Shown here: one piece after another, positions 16,706-25,867 of the stretch
Numbering within the stretch: position 1 is the first letter of the stretch
How the letters are laid out: every line of letters starts with the position of its first letter
Source: Candidatus Woesebacteria bacterium RIFCSPLOWO2_01_FULL_39_23
Lineage (GTDB): Bacteria > Patescibacteriota > Microgenomatia > UBA8517
NCBI GenBank assembly: GCA_001793095.1
Contig: MGHG01000007.1
Location: 1,306 to 65,305, forward strand
DNA: 64,000 bases
Direction: 5' to 3'
Translations under genes and position numbers: made by a program
Notes under the pieces: model-generated
Told to the model about the DNA's origin: nothing
Seen by the model: only the letters and a program-made list of their open reading frames with translations
Databases searched by the model: none

Positions 16706-16942
16706 ATGCATTATGTCTACATACTGAAATTAAGTAATAACTCAAACTATGTAGGCCAAACATCTGATCTCAAAAATAGAATCAAAGATCACAACAAAGG
16801 AAATACAAATCACACCAAGAAATTCTTACCTGTTAAATTAATTTTCTATTGTGCTTTTGAATCAAAAAAGAAAGCATTAAATTTCGAAAAATATCTCAAA
16901 TCAGGGTCTGGAAAAGCATTTAAGAAAAAAAGATTAATATAA
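16706..16942 (+). CDS. GIY-YIG nuclease-family small protein (YhbQ-like), second copy
   Basis: MHYVYILKLSNNSNYVGQTSDLKNRIKDHNKGN...LIFY...KKKALNFEKYLKSGSGK. The track start at 16688 is TTG, so ATG 16706 is preferred. Confidence 0.75.
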   Translation: MHYVYILKLSNNSNYVGQTSDLKNRIKDHNKGNTNHTKKFLPVKLIFYCAFESKKKALNFEKYLKSGSGKAFKKKRLI

Positions 16943-17326
16943 AAGTGCAGGATTCATGAGGTTAAACTTTCTAAAATTAGTAATCTACTTCATATTTTGA
17001 GGCTAATTCCGTTTGAATCCGAGCGAGGTGTTTCTATCAAATGTTATTAGTTAAAGTATATCAATTTTGATAAACTACGATTATGGTAGAAGAAGAAAGA
17101 CAGAAGCTGGGTACTTGCGTCATTATTGTTAATTCTAAAAATGAAGTTCTACTGGGTGAACGCTTATCTGTACATGTCCTGCGTGACCATGGTAATTTGC
17201 GAGTTTGAAATAAGGGAACCTTGGCACTGCTTCGCATTGTAAGGGAACCTTGGCCGAGTCAGACTCAGTAAAATAACTTTGTGAATTGAATAAGTCGGTG
17301 AGTTTATTTGGTGTTATACTTCTTGT

Positions 17327-18100
17327 ATGAAAAAGTTCCGTAAATACGGAAAACCTCCATACATCGTAGTTGTAGTTCATGGTGGCCCTGGTGCACCCGG
17401 AGAAATGCAGCCGGTGGCAGAGAAACTATCAAAATTATACGGAGTATTAGAGCCATTGCAGACAAAAGACTATATGAACGGACTGATAGAGGAATTAAGG
17501 AAAGTAATTATTAAAGAAGGAAATCCTCCTGTATATTTAATCGGCTGGTCATGGGGAGCGTGGTTGAGCTTTATTGCTGCTTCAAAGTATCCGGAATTAG
17601 TTAAGGAATTAATCCTCGTTAATAGCGGTCCATTTGAGGCAAAATATGCAAAAAGCATCATGCAAACGAGATTGGAAAGGTTAACTAATGAAGAAAGACG
17701 AAGGGTAAAAGCGATTCTGGGTTTAATGGGAGAAGGTAATTCGGGTAATAAAATGTTAAAAGACTTCGGTTACTTAATGGGAAAAGCCGATGCTTTTAAT
17801 CCATTACCTGGTGTCAAAGACATTAATGTAAACAGTAATATTTATAAAAAAGTCTGGGGTGAAGCAGAAGAGTTAAGAAAAAGCGGAGAGCTTCTTAAAT
17901 ATGGTGAAGGTATTAAATGTCCCGTTGTCGTAATTCATGGAGATTATGATCCGCATCCTTTTATCGGAGTAAAAAAACCACTTACGAAGGTTTTAAAAAA
18001 TGTAAAATTTATCCTTCTTAAAAATTGCGGCCACTATCCATGGTTAGAAAAAAATGCAAAAATTATTTTTATCAGAAAATTAATTGAAGAAATCAGATAA
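17327..18100 (+). CDS. Alpha/beta-hydrolase fold protein
   Basis: HGGPG oxyanion region, a GWSWG nucleophile elbow and a C-terminal His (CGHYPW). Confidence 0.8.
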   Translation: MKKFRKYGKPPYIVVVVHGGPGAPGEMQPVAEKLSKLYGVLEPLQTKDYMNGLIEELRKVIIKEGNPPVYLIGWSWGAWLSFIAASKYPELVKELILVNSGPFEAKYAKSIMQTRLERLTNEERRRVKAILGLMGEGNSGNKMLKDFGYLMGKADAFNPLPGVKDINVNSNIYKKVWGEAEELRKSGELLKYGEGIKCPVVVIHGDYDPHPFIGVKKPLTKVLKNVKFILLKNCGHYPWLEKNAKIIFIRKLIEEIR

Positions 18101-18115
18101 TTTTACGAAATCTTG

Positions 18116-19063
18116 TTATTTTGAAAAATCATCAATGTGTATGTCAGTTCCGAAATAATCATTTACAGATCGACCAATAGCTCCCACACCTTCTATAATT
18201 CGTTTAGCCCAATGATAAACCGGTATGAAGCATATCTCGTTTTCGGCATGTTCCCAACTGCCAATTGATGTAACTCCTACAACTTTTCCTGTAGTACGGT
18301 CGCACCAGACACCTCCGCTTGCACCTCCTGAATCGGTACCTTCTGTCCATATTTCGCTTGGTTCGCCTTCTTCTTTTTCAGTATCAATTACATTTAATGT
18401 AAGTTCGGATATAAAGCCGCTTTCGTCTGCAACCCATGGGAACGAGACGGATACAAGAGCTTCATTATTAGGGATGTCTTTAGAAATTGTAAATGGTTCT
18501 ACTTGCTTAAATATTGGATGTTTACTTTTTAGAATCAAAACCCCCATATCAACTGGGGATGTGAAGTACGTAAATTCATCGGGTTCGAAATTACTCCTGT
18601 TTAAATTTGAGTTATTTATTTGAGGTTGGCTAATCTTCGCCCACTTTATTTCATAACCTGTTTGTGCAATCAGATGACCTGCTGTAATTAATACAGCTAT
18701 GTACTCACCGTCCGAAGTTTCTCTTTGATCAATTACGAAACCTGTTCCTTGTGATGGTCGACTTTCGCCCATTCCCTCTATTTTTACGGTATTATATACG
18801 CAGGAACGAGGTAACTTATCAAGTTCAGGGTTTATTTCAGGATTATTCTCTCGTGCTGTTTCTGTAGCGCGGACATCCTTGTCAAGTGGAGTCTCATACG
18901 ATACAGGATTCGAACACGCACCAATCAACGCCGGTAAAAGACAACCAACGGCAATTAATATTTGATCTCTCTTTCTAAATGGCTCGTGAGTTGATACTTT
19001 TTTGGGTGTACCTAATTCAGCATATTCTTCCATACTTGATAATTCTAGCGTGATGGAAGACAT
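18116..19063 (-). CDS. Secreted/lipoprotein trypsin-like (S1) serine protease
   Basis: Lipobox-like LIGACS, His motif TAGHL and Ser motif GTDSGGASGG. Confidence 0.8.
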   Translation of the reverse strand: MSSITLELSSMEEYAELGTPKKVSTHEPFRKRDQILIAVGCLLPALIGACSNPVSYETPLDKDVRATETARENNPEINPELDKLPRSCVYNTVKIEGMGESRPSQGTGFVIDQRETSDGEYIAVLITAGHLIAQTGYEIKWAKISQPQINNSNLNRSNFEPDEFTYFTSPVDMGVLILKSKHPIFKQVEPFTISKDIPNNEALVSVSFPWVADESGFISELTLNVIDTEKEEGEPSEIWTEGTDSGGASGGVWCDRTTGKVVGVTSIGSWEHAENEICFIPVYHWAKRIIEGVGAIGRSVNDYFGTDIHIDDFSK

Positions 19064-19086
19064 TTATGAAGATTAAGTTTTGCTTA

Positions 19087-19296
19087 TCATTCCATACCTA
19101 ACCCCAAAGCCGTAATTACATCATCGGCAGATTTATAAGTTCCTTCAGGAAGATGTTCCATAAACCACGTTTTATCTTCTTCTGAAAAATCTGATAAATT
19201 GTCGCATTCTGCTTTTAATTCTTCACTTGTTGCCGGATATTTTTGGTGTTTTTTAAGATGGTCAATTGCACCAGTTTTATTCTTCATAATTATCAC
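19087..19296 (-). CDS. Small conserved protein (DUF2795-like)
   Basis: 69 aa. KYPATSEELKAEC... resembles DUF2795 small proteins. Weak call. Confidence 0.45.
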   Translation of the reverse strand: MIIMKNKTGAIDHLKKHQKYPATSEELKAECDNLSDFSEEDKTWFMEHLPEGTYKSADDVITALGLGME

Positions 19297-19447
19297 CTCC
19301 CCTCACAGTGAGATAGCTTCTAAAAAGCATCTCACGTGATCCCATTGAGTGTTCTAAGAACTACTCAATTGGGACAGTTTTTTTCGAGACAGTTTCAGAG
19401 TATTACATTCGAAGCAAATAAAATCAGTAAGAAATCTAACTTTTTTT

Positions 19448-20554
19448 CTAGAAGCTTGTGACTATGAAGTCGTGAATTTGTTGCCAGTTTTCCTCGCCGT
19501 CTTTGGGTAGTAAAATATACTGTCTATCACTGCTTACTGCTTCTTTGAGGACGTTGTCGGTAGATAAAGAAACTGATTTTATTATGACGTCATTCATCTT
19601 ACCCTTCTCTTCCAGTAGTCCTATTGCAGTTTTAATGTCAATATCAGTCATGACGTTTCTTGAAAACGAATTAATTATAGGAGCTATTTTGGGGATAGAG
19701 CTGATCCTAAGGATCTTATTTTTTATGGCAATTATTAATGCCTGCTGCCTGAGACTTCTTCCGAAGTCGTTGCCGTTTGTTTCGGAATGGCGAGACCTAA
19801 CAAATTTCAGTGCATTTTCTGCATCGAGAAGAGTTTTGCCTTTGGCATAGTTAATAGTTTCAAAACGACAAGTAAATTGCTGTTCGAGAAGCTGGCCGGA
19901 CATCGTTGCCTGGATTATCTTAAGATTGTCATCACTTTTCCCGCAGGTATCCTTTTCTTTACCCGTGATCGGATAAAATTTATCTTCAAACGCATAGGGT
20001 ATATTTACTTCAACTCCTCCTAAAATAGTAATAATATTTTTGAATCCTTCGAAGCTGATGGCAATATAATTATCTATCGGAAGACCCGTAACTTTGGATA
20101 CGGTATCTTTTGCCAAGGCTCCACCACCCGCCAAACCTTTGTATTGAGGAGGTTTATTGGGGTATTTTTTATCATCGAGTCCAATGGCAAAAGCATGATT
20201 GATCTTAAATTTTTCCTCTTTTTCTGTTTCGACTTGTAATGGGACAAAGAGATCCCGCGGAATTGATATTAAGGTAATATTGTTTTCTTTGGGTACAATG
20301 TGTGCGATGATTAGTGTGTCAGTAAGAGTCGCGCCTTCATGATCTCCGCCGGCATATCCAAGCAGTAAAATATTACGGGGAGCTAGTGGATCCGGTGTCG
20401 GAGTTGGTGATGGGGTAATTTTTGTATTAAGGATTGTTATAACATTAGGTTGGTTCACAACAACCCTTTTATAGATAGTTATTAAATAAACTATAAAAAC
20501 CAAGAAAGTGATTAAAAGAAGGGGGAGGAATAGTTTTTTGATTTTTATTCGCAT
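19448..20554 (-). CDS. LytR-CpsA-Psr (LCP) family cell-envelope phosphotransferase
   Basis: TM anchor plus an LCP core (LLLGYAGGDHEGATLTDTLIIAHI, SIPRD). The start is set at MRIKIKK (ATG 20554). The track's 20749 start would add a 65-aa extension that coincides with GC-rich hairpins. Confidence 0.75.
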   Translation of the reverse strand: MRIKIKKLFLPLLLITFLVFIVYLITIYKRVVVNQPNVITILNTKITPSPTPTPDPLAPRNILLLGYAGGDHEGATLTDTLIIAHIVPKENNITLISIPRDLFVPLQVETEKEEKFKINHAFAIGLDDKKYPNKPPQYKGLAGGGALAKDTVSKVTGLPIDNYIAISFEGFKNIITILGGVEVNIPYAFEDKFYPITGKEKDTCGKSDDNLKIIQATMSGQLLEQQFTCRFETINYAKGKTLLDAENALKFVRSRHSETNGNDFGRSLRQQALIIAIKNKILRISSIPKIAPIINSFSRNVMTDIDIKTAIGLLEEKGKMNDVIIKSVSLSTDNVLKEAVSSDRQYILLPKDGEENWQQIHDFIVTSF

Positions 20555-20564
20555 TTCAAGAATA

Positions 20565-20596
20565 CCCCATCTGGAGGCGATAGCCGGAGGATGGGG
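20565..20596 (-). promoter_or_regulatory. GC-rich hairpin 1 in the LCP gene leader
   Basis: CCCCATC-tggaggcgatagccggag-GATGGGG, a 7-bp stem. Confidence 0.5.
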
Positions 20597-20645
20597 ATGA
20601 ATTGAATTAAGAATGTAACCTCGTTTAGACAGATCCGAAAGGATA

Positions 20646-20677
20646 CCCCGCCAGAGAGCGATAGCGAGAGGGCGGGG
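20646..20677 (-). promoter_or_regulatory. GC-rich hairpin 2 in the LCP gene leader, a paralogue of hairpin 1 with compensatory stem changes
   Basis: CCCCGCC-agagagcgatagcgagag-GGCGGGG. Both loops share GCGATAGC. It lies 81 nt from hairpin 1. Confidence 0.5.
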
Positions 20678-20767
20678 AGGTTTCATCTTCTTCACAAGTA
20701 ATAAATATACGTGATTTGGCTTAAAATTACCATATAAGAAAGTTAGCATTTGATACGGTGTGCATTA

Positions 20768-20796
20768 TTGACAAGATATACTCTAAGCCTTAGAAT
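20768..20796 (+). promoter_or_regulatory. Consensus sigma70-like promoter (TTGACA, 17 nt, TAGAAT) for greA
   Basis: ttgaca at 20768-73 and tagaat at 20791-96, with exact 17-nt spacing. Confidence 0.55.
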
Positions 20797-20829
20797 ACCA
20801 TCTATTCACGATATGGGTTATTAATTACT

Positions 20830-20851
20830 CCGCCTACTGGGCGGTTTTTTT
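20830..20851 (+). terminator. Intrinsic terminator-like hairpin plus T7 tract inside the greA leader
   Basis: CCGCC-TACTG-GGCGG followed by TTTTTTT, 22 nt before the greA ATG. Confidence 0.5.
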
Positions 20852-20872
20852 ACAGCCTATATAGTAATCAAC

Positions 20873-21337
20873 ATGCTTGATAGCAAACAAATACAATTTA
20901 CAAAAGTAGGATTAGCGACCTTAGAAAAAGAGCTTGACGAGCTTTTGAATGTAAAAAGGCCGAAGCTTGTCGATAGACTTTCTAATGCCAGGCTTCAGGG
21001 TGATTTAGCTGAAAATAGTGATTACCAAAACGCAAAGGACGAGCTCGAGTTTTTAGACGGAAGGCTTAATGAGTTGCAAGCTGTGTTGAAAAATGCTGTT
21101 GTTGCCGAGTCTAATAATGGTGGCGGAGTTTCAGTTGGTACAAAGGTTACCCTTAAAGTAGGCGGGACAACTCACATATATGATATAGTCGGTGATTGGG
21201 AGGCAGATCCGGTCAATAAAAAGATCTCGCACACCTCTCCCTTAGGAGTTGCTTTAGTCGGAAAGAGAGTTGGGGACAAGGTCGAAGTCGAAGCTCCGGC
21301 CGGGAAAATTACATACGAAATTCTTTCATTGGATTAG
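20873..21337 (+). CDS. greA: Transcription elongation factor GreA
   Basis: 154 aa. N-terminal coiled coil with acidic tip (DLAENSDYQNAKDE) and a C-terminal FKBP-like domain. Confidence 0.9.
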   Translation: MLDSKQIQFTKVGLATLEKELDELLNVKRPKLVDRLSNARLQGDLAENSDYQNAKDELEFLDGRLNELQAVLKNAVVAESNNGGGVSVGTKVTLKVGGTTHIYDIVGDWEADPVNKKISHTSPLGVALVGKRVGDKVEVEAPAGKITYEILSLD

Positions 21338-21483
21338 TTGTATACTTCGTTTTTATTGCATACTAGCGAAAACCACGATTATTAAATCGTGGATGGAGCT
21401 AGAATCTAAACTTGGCGGCAAAAAACCACGGGCTTTAGCCCGTGTGTAGATTATTTTGCTTTCTTTGAGATATACTTAACGCA

Positions 21484-22977
21484 ATGGCCGAAGAGAAATT
21501 GGAAGAAATAAGGAGTATTCGTCTTCATAAAATAAGTGAGCTGAAAAAACTTGGAATAAATCCTTACCCTTCAAAAGTAAAGGGATTACACGAGCCTGTC
21601 AGTATAGTAAGGACGCATTTGGATGACAAGAGAGCCGTAACGGGGAGGCTTATGGGGTGGAGAGAGCATGGTAACGTTATTTTTGCAGATCTTAAAGATG
21701 AAACTGGGAAAATTCAGTTGTTTTTTCAAAAGAAAAATCTTCAGGATAATTTTAAGATGCTTAAGTTGTTTGATGTCGGCGATTTTATTTGGTCGATGGG
21801 TAAAGTTTTTAAAACCACGGCTGGCGAGATCACTATCGATGTTTTGGATTTTCAGGTATTGTCTAAATCCATCCGGCCTTTGCCTTCAACTTGGTTTGGT
21901 TTGAAAGACGACGAGGAAAGATACAGAAAAAGGTATCTTGACCTCCTACTCAATGATGACCTGAAAGCTCTGTTTAGAAAGAAAGCTATATTTTGGCAAA
22001 GCATGCGCGATTTCCTGATAAGTAAAGGGTTTTTAGAGGTAGAGACTCCCGTTTTAGAAACTACAGCAGGAGGTGCTGATGCAAACCCGTTTATTACCCA
22101 CCACAATGCCCTAGATATTGATTTATATTTGAGGATCTCGATGGGTGAATTATGGCAAAAAAGGTTAATGGTTGCAGGTTTTTTAAAAACTTTTGAAATA
22201 GGGAGGCAGTTTAGAAATGAAGGTATTAGTCGTGAGCATCTTCAAGACTATTCACAGATGGAATTTTACTGGGCTTACGCTAATTATGATGATTCAATGA
22301 AATTAGTTGAAGACATGTATAAATATGTTGCCGAAAAGACTTTTGGTACTTTAAAATTTGTAATTAATAAGGCTGAAATTGATTTGGGAGGAACATGGAA
22401 GAAAATTGATTATTGTGCAGCAATTCAAGAACATGCAGGAATTGATATTAGGAGTGCTTCTAAAGGGGAGATTGAAGCTAAACTTAACGAGTTGAAACAA
22501 GATTTCAATAAGAATGATTCCAAAGGAAGGCTAATAGATTCCTTATGGAAGTCTGTAAGGCGGAAAATTATGGGTCCCGCCTTTTTAGTAGGACATCCCG
22601 TTGATGTATCACCTTTAGCCAAAAGGCAGGAAGAGAGACCTGACTTTGTTGAGAGGTATCAAGTTATATTGGGAGGTAGTGAAATGGGTAATGGATATTC
22701 AGAGCTTAATGATCCAATTGACCAGGCCGAGAGATTTAAGGATCAAGAAAAAATGAGAGAAGCAGGGGATTTAGAAGCTCAAATGAATGATAAAGATTTT
22801 GTTGAAGCGCTGGAATACGGCATGCCGCCAGTTTCAGGCTTCGGGGTAAGCGAAAGATTGTTTTCATTTCTGGTGGATAAACCAATTAGAGAGACTGTAT
22901 TATTTCCACTCCTACGACCAGAAAGCGAAAATATAAAAAGGCAGAGGGTTAAGAAAGCTCGCAAGAGTAAAACTTAG
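21484..22977 (+). CDS. lysS: Lysyl-tRNA synthetase (class II)
   Basis: OB-fold N-domain and class II motifs (FRNEGIS, GGSEMGNGYSELNDP..., GMPPVSGFGVSERL). Confidence 0.95.
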   Translation: MAEEKLEEIRSIRLHKISELKKLGINPYPSKVKGLHEPVSIVRTHLDDKRAVTGRLMGWREHGNVIFADLKDETGKIQLFFQKKNLQDNFKMLKLFDVGDFIWSMGKVFKTTAGEITIDVLDFQVLSKSIRPLPSTWFGLKDDEERYRKRYLDLLLNDDLKALFRKKAIFWQSMRDFLISKGFLEVETPVLETTAGGADANPFITHHNALDIDLYLRISMGELWQKRLMVAGFLKTFEIGRQFRNEGISREHLQDYSQMEFYWAYANYDDSMKLVEDMYKYVAEKTFGTLKFVINKAEIDLGGTWKKIDYCAAIQEHAGIDIRSASKGEIEAKLNELKQDFNKNDSKGRLIDSLWKSVRRKIMGPAFLVGHPVDVSPLAKRQEERPDFVERYQVILGGSEMGNGYSELNDPIDQAERFKDQEKMREAGDLEAQMNDKDFVEALEYGMPPVSGFGVSERLFSFLVDKPIRETVLFPLLRPESENIKRQRVKKARKSKT

Positions 22978-23020
22978 TATACCTTGCAGAGGTAACCCCT
23001 TAAAGGTAATTCTTAAATAT

Positions 23021-23584
23021 ATGACAAGAGAAAAGGCTCTTAAACTTCTTCATGCCCATATGCAAAACCAGAATTTGCGAAGGCATTGTTATGCTGTTGG
23101 GGCAGTAATAAAAGCGCTTGCAAAACACTTCAGTGCGAATGAGGGTTTGTGGGAGGTTGTTGGACTTCTGCACGACGGGGATTATGAAGTGACAAAAGGA
23201 ACTCCTGAGTTACACACGTTAAAAATGGTGGAATGGCTTAAAAAGGAGGACGTCAAGGATAAGGAAATTCTTGAAGCAATCTTGTCGCATAACTTCTCCC
23301 ATACAGGCCAAAACTCTCCAAAGAATATGCTTGAATGGTCGCTATATTGTTGCGACGAGTTGACGGGTTTAATTGTTGCCGTTGCTCTTGTGAAACCCGA
23401 TAAAAAACTGGCTTCTGTCAGCGTTGATTCAATTTTGAATAAGTGGAAGCAAAAATCGTTCGCAGGAGGTGTAAAACGAGAGCAAATTGAAGAGTGCGAA
23501 GAGCGTTTGGCAATTCCCCTTCGGGAATTTATCGAAATCGCCCTCACTTCGATGCAGGAAATCCACGAAGATTTAGGTTTGTGA
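23021..23584 (+). CDS. HD-domain phosphohydrolase
   Basis: H...HD (HCYAVGAV...LLHDGDY) metal-binding motif. 187 aa. Confidence 0.8.
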   Translation: MTREKALKLLHAHMQNQNLRRHCYAVGAVIKALAKHFSANEGLWEVVGLLHDGDYEVTKGTPELHTLKMVEWLKKEDVKDKEILEAILSHNFSHTGQNSPKNMLEWSLYCCDELTGLIVAVALVKPDKKLASVSVDSILNKWKQKSFAGGVKREQIEECEERLAIPLREFIEIALTSMQEIHEDLGL

Positions 23585-23625
23585 AAGCTTTATTTGAATT
23601 GCTTCAAGTGCTATAATACACGCAT

Positions 23626-23946
23626 ATGTTTGGACGAGGAAATAAAGGAAATGGTGGAAACGGGAGTAAAGAACGTGTCACGGGTAGCTTAGAACCAAGA
23701 TTCAGGGTAGTAAATCCTGTTATTGAAGAAGTTAAGGGGTATCCGGTCAACGGAAACTTACAGAAACTGGTTGTTTTAAATAGAGTGGTTACGATTCATC
23801 ATATCGGTAGTTATCTATCCAGTGAAGAAGCTAACAAGAGAGCGGCAGAATTAAATTCACAAAAACCTGCCATTCAAAGAATTAGACCCTCCTTAAGAGC
23901 AAGAGTTGAAATTGATGAGGCTGGAAATATTAATGGCCATAGATGA
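23626..23946 (+). CDS. Hypothetical protein
   Basis: 106-aa ORF with a Gly/Asn-rich N-terminus and no recognised motif. Confidence 0.35.
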   Translation: MFGRGNKGNGGNGSKERVTGSLEPRFRVVNPVIEEVKGYPVNGNLQKLVVLNRVVTIHHIGSYLSSEEANKRAAELNSQKPAIQRIRPSLRARVEIDEAGNINGHR

Positions 23947-24195
23947 TTAGATTTGACTTAGAATATTACTTTCTATAAAATAACTGAATTGATAATTAAC
24001 TAAAAGCTACGATGTTGGCTTTCCACCAACGGAGCTTCTTGGGGTAGACGGCACGCTTAGAATAGTCGATGTAAACCAAGACGTAATACCACGTAACGGT
24101 AAAATTAAGAAAATCCAGTTAGATTATCTAACAGGACGAATTTTACGCTGGCACCTCCTAAATTTTAGGGCGTAATTACCTAAAAATAAAAGGAG

Positions 24196-24402
24196 GTGAT
24201 TTTTTTGAGAGAAAATAGATTCGAATCAGAAATAGACAGAGATTACAGAAGATATTTAATTGAAGAGAAGAAAGCAAACAGGTTGAGTGTTAACAATAAT
24301 AAAATATTACCGGAACGTGGAGCAGCAAATACAGAGGACTATATAGTGGACGGAGCTTTGAATACTTTTAATAGATTTGAAGATTTACACAGAGCTAAGT
24401 AA
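24196..24402 (+). CDS. Hypothetical small protein
   Basis: AAGGAGGTGA is followed by GTG/TTG starts. The likely start is TTG at 24208. 64-68 aa. Confidence 0.35.
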   Translation: MIFLRENRFESEIDRDYRRYLIEEKKANRLSVNNNKILPERGAANTEDYIVDGALNTFNRFEDLHRAK

Positions 24403-24404
24403 CT

Positions 24405-24620
24405 TTGTTTAAAGAATGTATGGCATTTAATATATTGAAGAAAAAGCAAAATTCCCAAAAAGCTACTGAAGGTAGTAGGAGCGTTATTATCCTAAGAGAC
24501 GAATATGGTACGATTATTTCTAAGAGAGAATTAAAACCAGGTGATTTAATTGATGGAGAACTCGTTGCTAAAGGGTTACAGCAAGGTATTAGTGTTATTA
24601 TTAAGGAAAGAGGTAAATAA
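24405..24620 (+). CDS. Hypothetical small protein
   Basis: 71-aa ORF that abuts serS. No motifs. Confidence 0.35.
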   Translation: MFKECMAFNILKKKQNSQKATEGSRSVIILRDEYGTIISKRELKPGDLIDGELVAKGLQQGISVIIKERGK

Positions 24621-25867
24621 TGTTAGACATTAAATATATCCGGGAAAACCCGGACAAAGTAAAAAAGGGTGTTGCCGATAAGCAATACGACTCTACTTTG
24701 GTTGATAAAGTATTGGACTTGGATGAGAAAAAAAGAAAGCTGGGAGTAGAGATTGAAAATCTGAGAGCGGAAAGGAATAAATTAAGCAGCAAGGAGCATG
24801 TAGCAAGTAGCAAGGGAAAAGAAATTAAAGAAAATTTAAAAGAGTTGGAACCCAGTTTAGTAAAACTTGAAGATGTACTAAATGAACTGCTTAATCTAAT
24901 TCCTAACCTGCCATCAGAAAAAGCTCCGGTAGGAAAAGGGGAGAAAGAGAATGTTGAAGTACGAAAATGGGGGGAGCCGCGAAAATTTGAATTTACTCCG
25001 AAAGACCATCTGGAACTCGGTAAGAATCTTAATATTTTGGATTTTGAAACCGGTGCAAAAGTGAGCGGGTCGCAATTTTACTTTTTGTACGGTGACGGAG
25101 CGTTAATGGAGCTGGCATTGGTTCAATTTGCATTCGAATTATTATCGAAAGAAGGATTCCTTCTTGTTATTACCCCAGATTTGGCAAAATCAAGATATTA
25201 CTTGGGAACCGGTTACGCGCCGAAAGGCAATGAAGCCCAAACATATACAATCGAGGGCGAGGATTTGGGATTAATCGCTACTGCTGAAGTTACGCTCGCA
25301 GGAAAGCATGCTGATGAAGTAATACCCGAAAGCAAACTACCCTTAAAGTATATCGGTTATTCACACTGTTTCCGCCAGGAAGCAGGAGCTTACGGAAAAT
25401 ATTCAAAAGGACTTTATCGGGTTCATCAATTTACAAAAGCGGAGATGTTTATTTACTGTACTCCTGAAGAATCCGATAATATGCACGAACATATATTGGA
25501 AATGGAAGAAAAAATATATCAAAGTCTGGAACTTCCCTATCGAGTATTGGAAATGTGTACTGGAGATTTGGGAGCTATGGCCGCAAGAAAGTTCGATATC
25601 GAAACATGGATGCCGAGCAGGGGAGAATATGGAGAAGTTACTTCAACCTCAAACTGTACGGATTACCAAGCAAGAAATCTGAATATTAAATTAAGAAGAA
25701 AAGACGGGAAAGCGGAGTATCTTCATATGTTAAACGGTACTGCTATTGCCACCTCCCGTACTCCTTTGGCAATTCTTGAAAATTATCAGAACGAAGACGG
25801 ATCGGTAACTGTTCCTGAAGTATTAAGAAAATGGATGGGGAAGGATAAAATAGTAGTTGGTAGTTAG
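24620..25867 (+). CDS. serS: Seryl-tRNA synthetase
   Basis: N-terminal coiled coil and class II core (FRQEAGAYG, TWMPSRGEYGEVTSTSNCTDYQARNL, LNGTAIATSRT). Confidence 0.95.
   Translation: MLDIKYIRENPDKVKKGVADKQYDSTLVDKVLDLDEKKRKLGVEIENLRAERNKLSSKEHVASSKGKEIKENLKELEPSLVKLEDVLNELLNLIPNLPSEKAPVGKGEKENVEVRKWGEPRKFEFTPKDHLELGKNLNILDFETGAKVSGSQFYFLYGDGALMELALVQFAFELLSKEGFLLVITPDLAKSRYYLGTGYAPKGNEAQTYTIEGEDLGLIATAEVTLAGKHADEVIPESKLPLKYIGYSHCFRQEAGAYGKYSKGLYRVHQFTKAEMFIYCTPEESDNMHEHILEMEEKIYQSLELPYRVLEMCTGDLGAMAARKFDIETWMPSRGEYGEVTSTSNCTDYQARNLNIKLRRKDGKAEYLHMLNGTAIATSRTPLAILENYQNEDGSVTVPEVLRKWMGKDKIVVGS

Noticed and set aside
18903-18913. 11-nt match (aggattcgaac) to the tRNA-Gln T-arm inside the protease gene, considered as a possible att repeat
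   Set aside because: It is on the wrong side of the tRNA for a 3'-end integration repeat, it is only 11 nt, and it lies inside a conserved coding region. Most likely chance.
20555-20749. N-terminal 65-aa extension of the LCP protein as given by the ORF track
   Set aside because: The region is two GC-rich hairpins with compensatory changes. LCP proteins normally start just before the TM, and Met at 20554 gives a canonical N-terminus. I kept it as an alternative because the repeat period (81 nt) is in frame.
21338-21483. T-box or lysine riboswitch upstream of lysS
   Set aside because: The leader is only about 145 nt and has no specifier-loop or T-box consensus, so it is too short.
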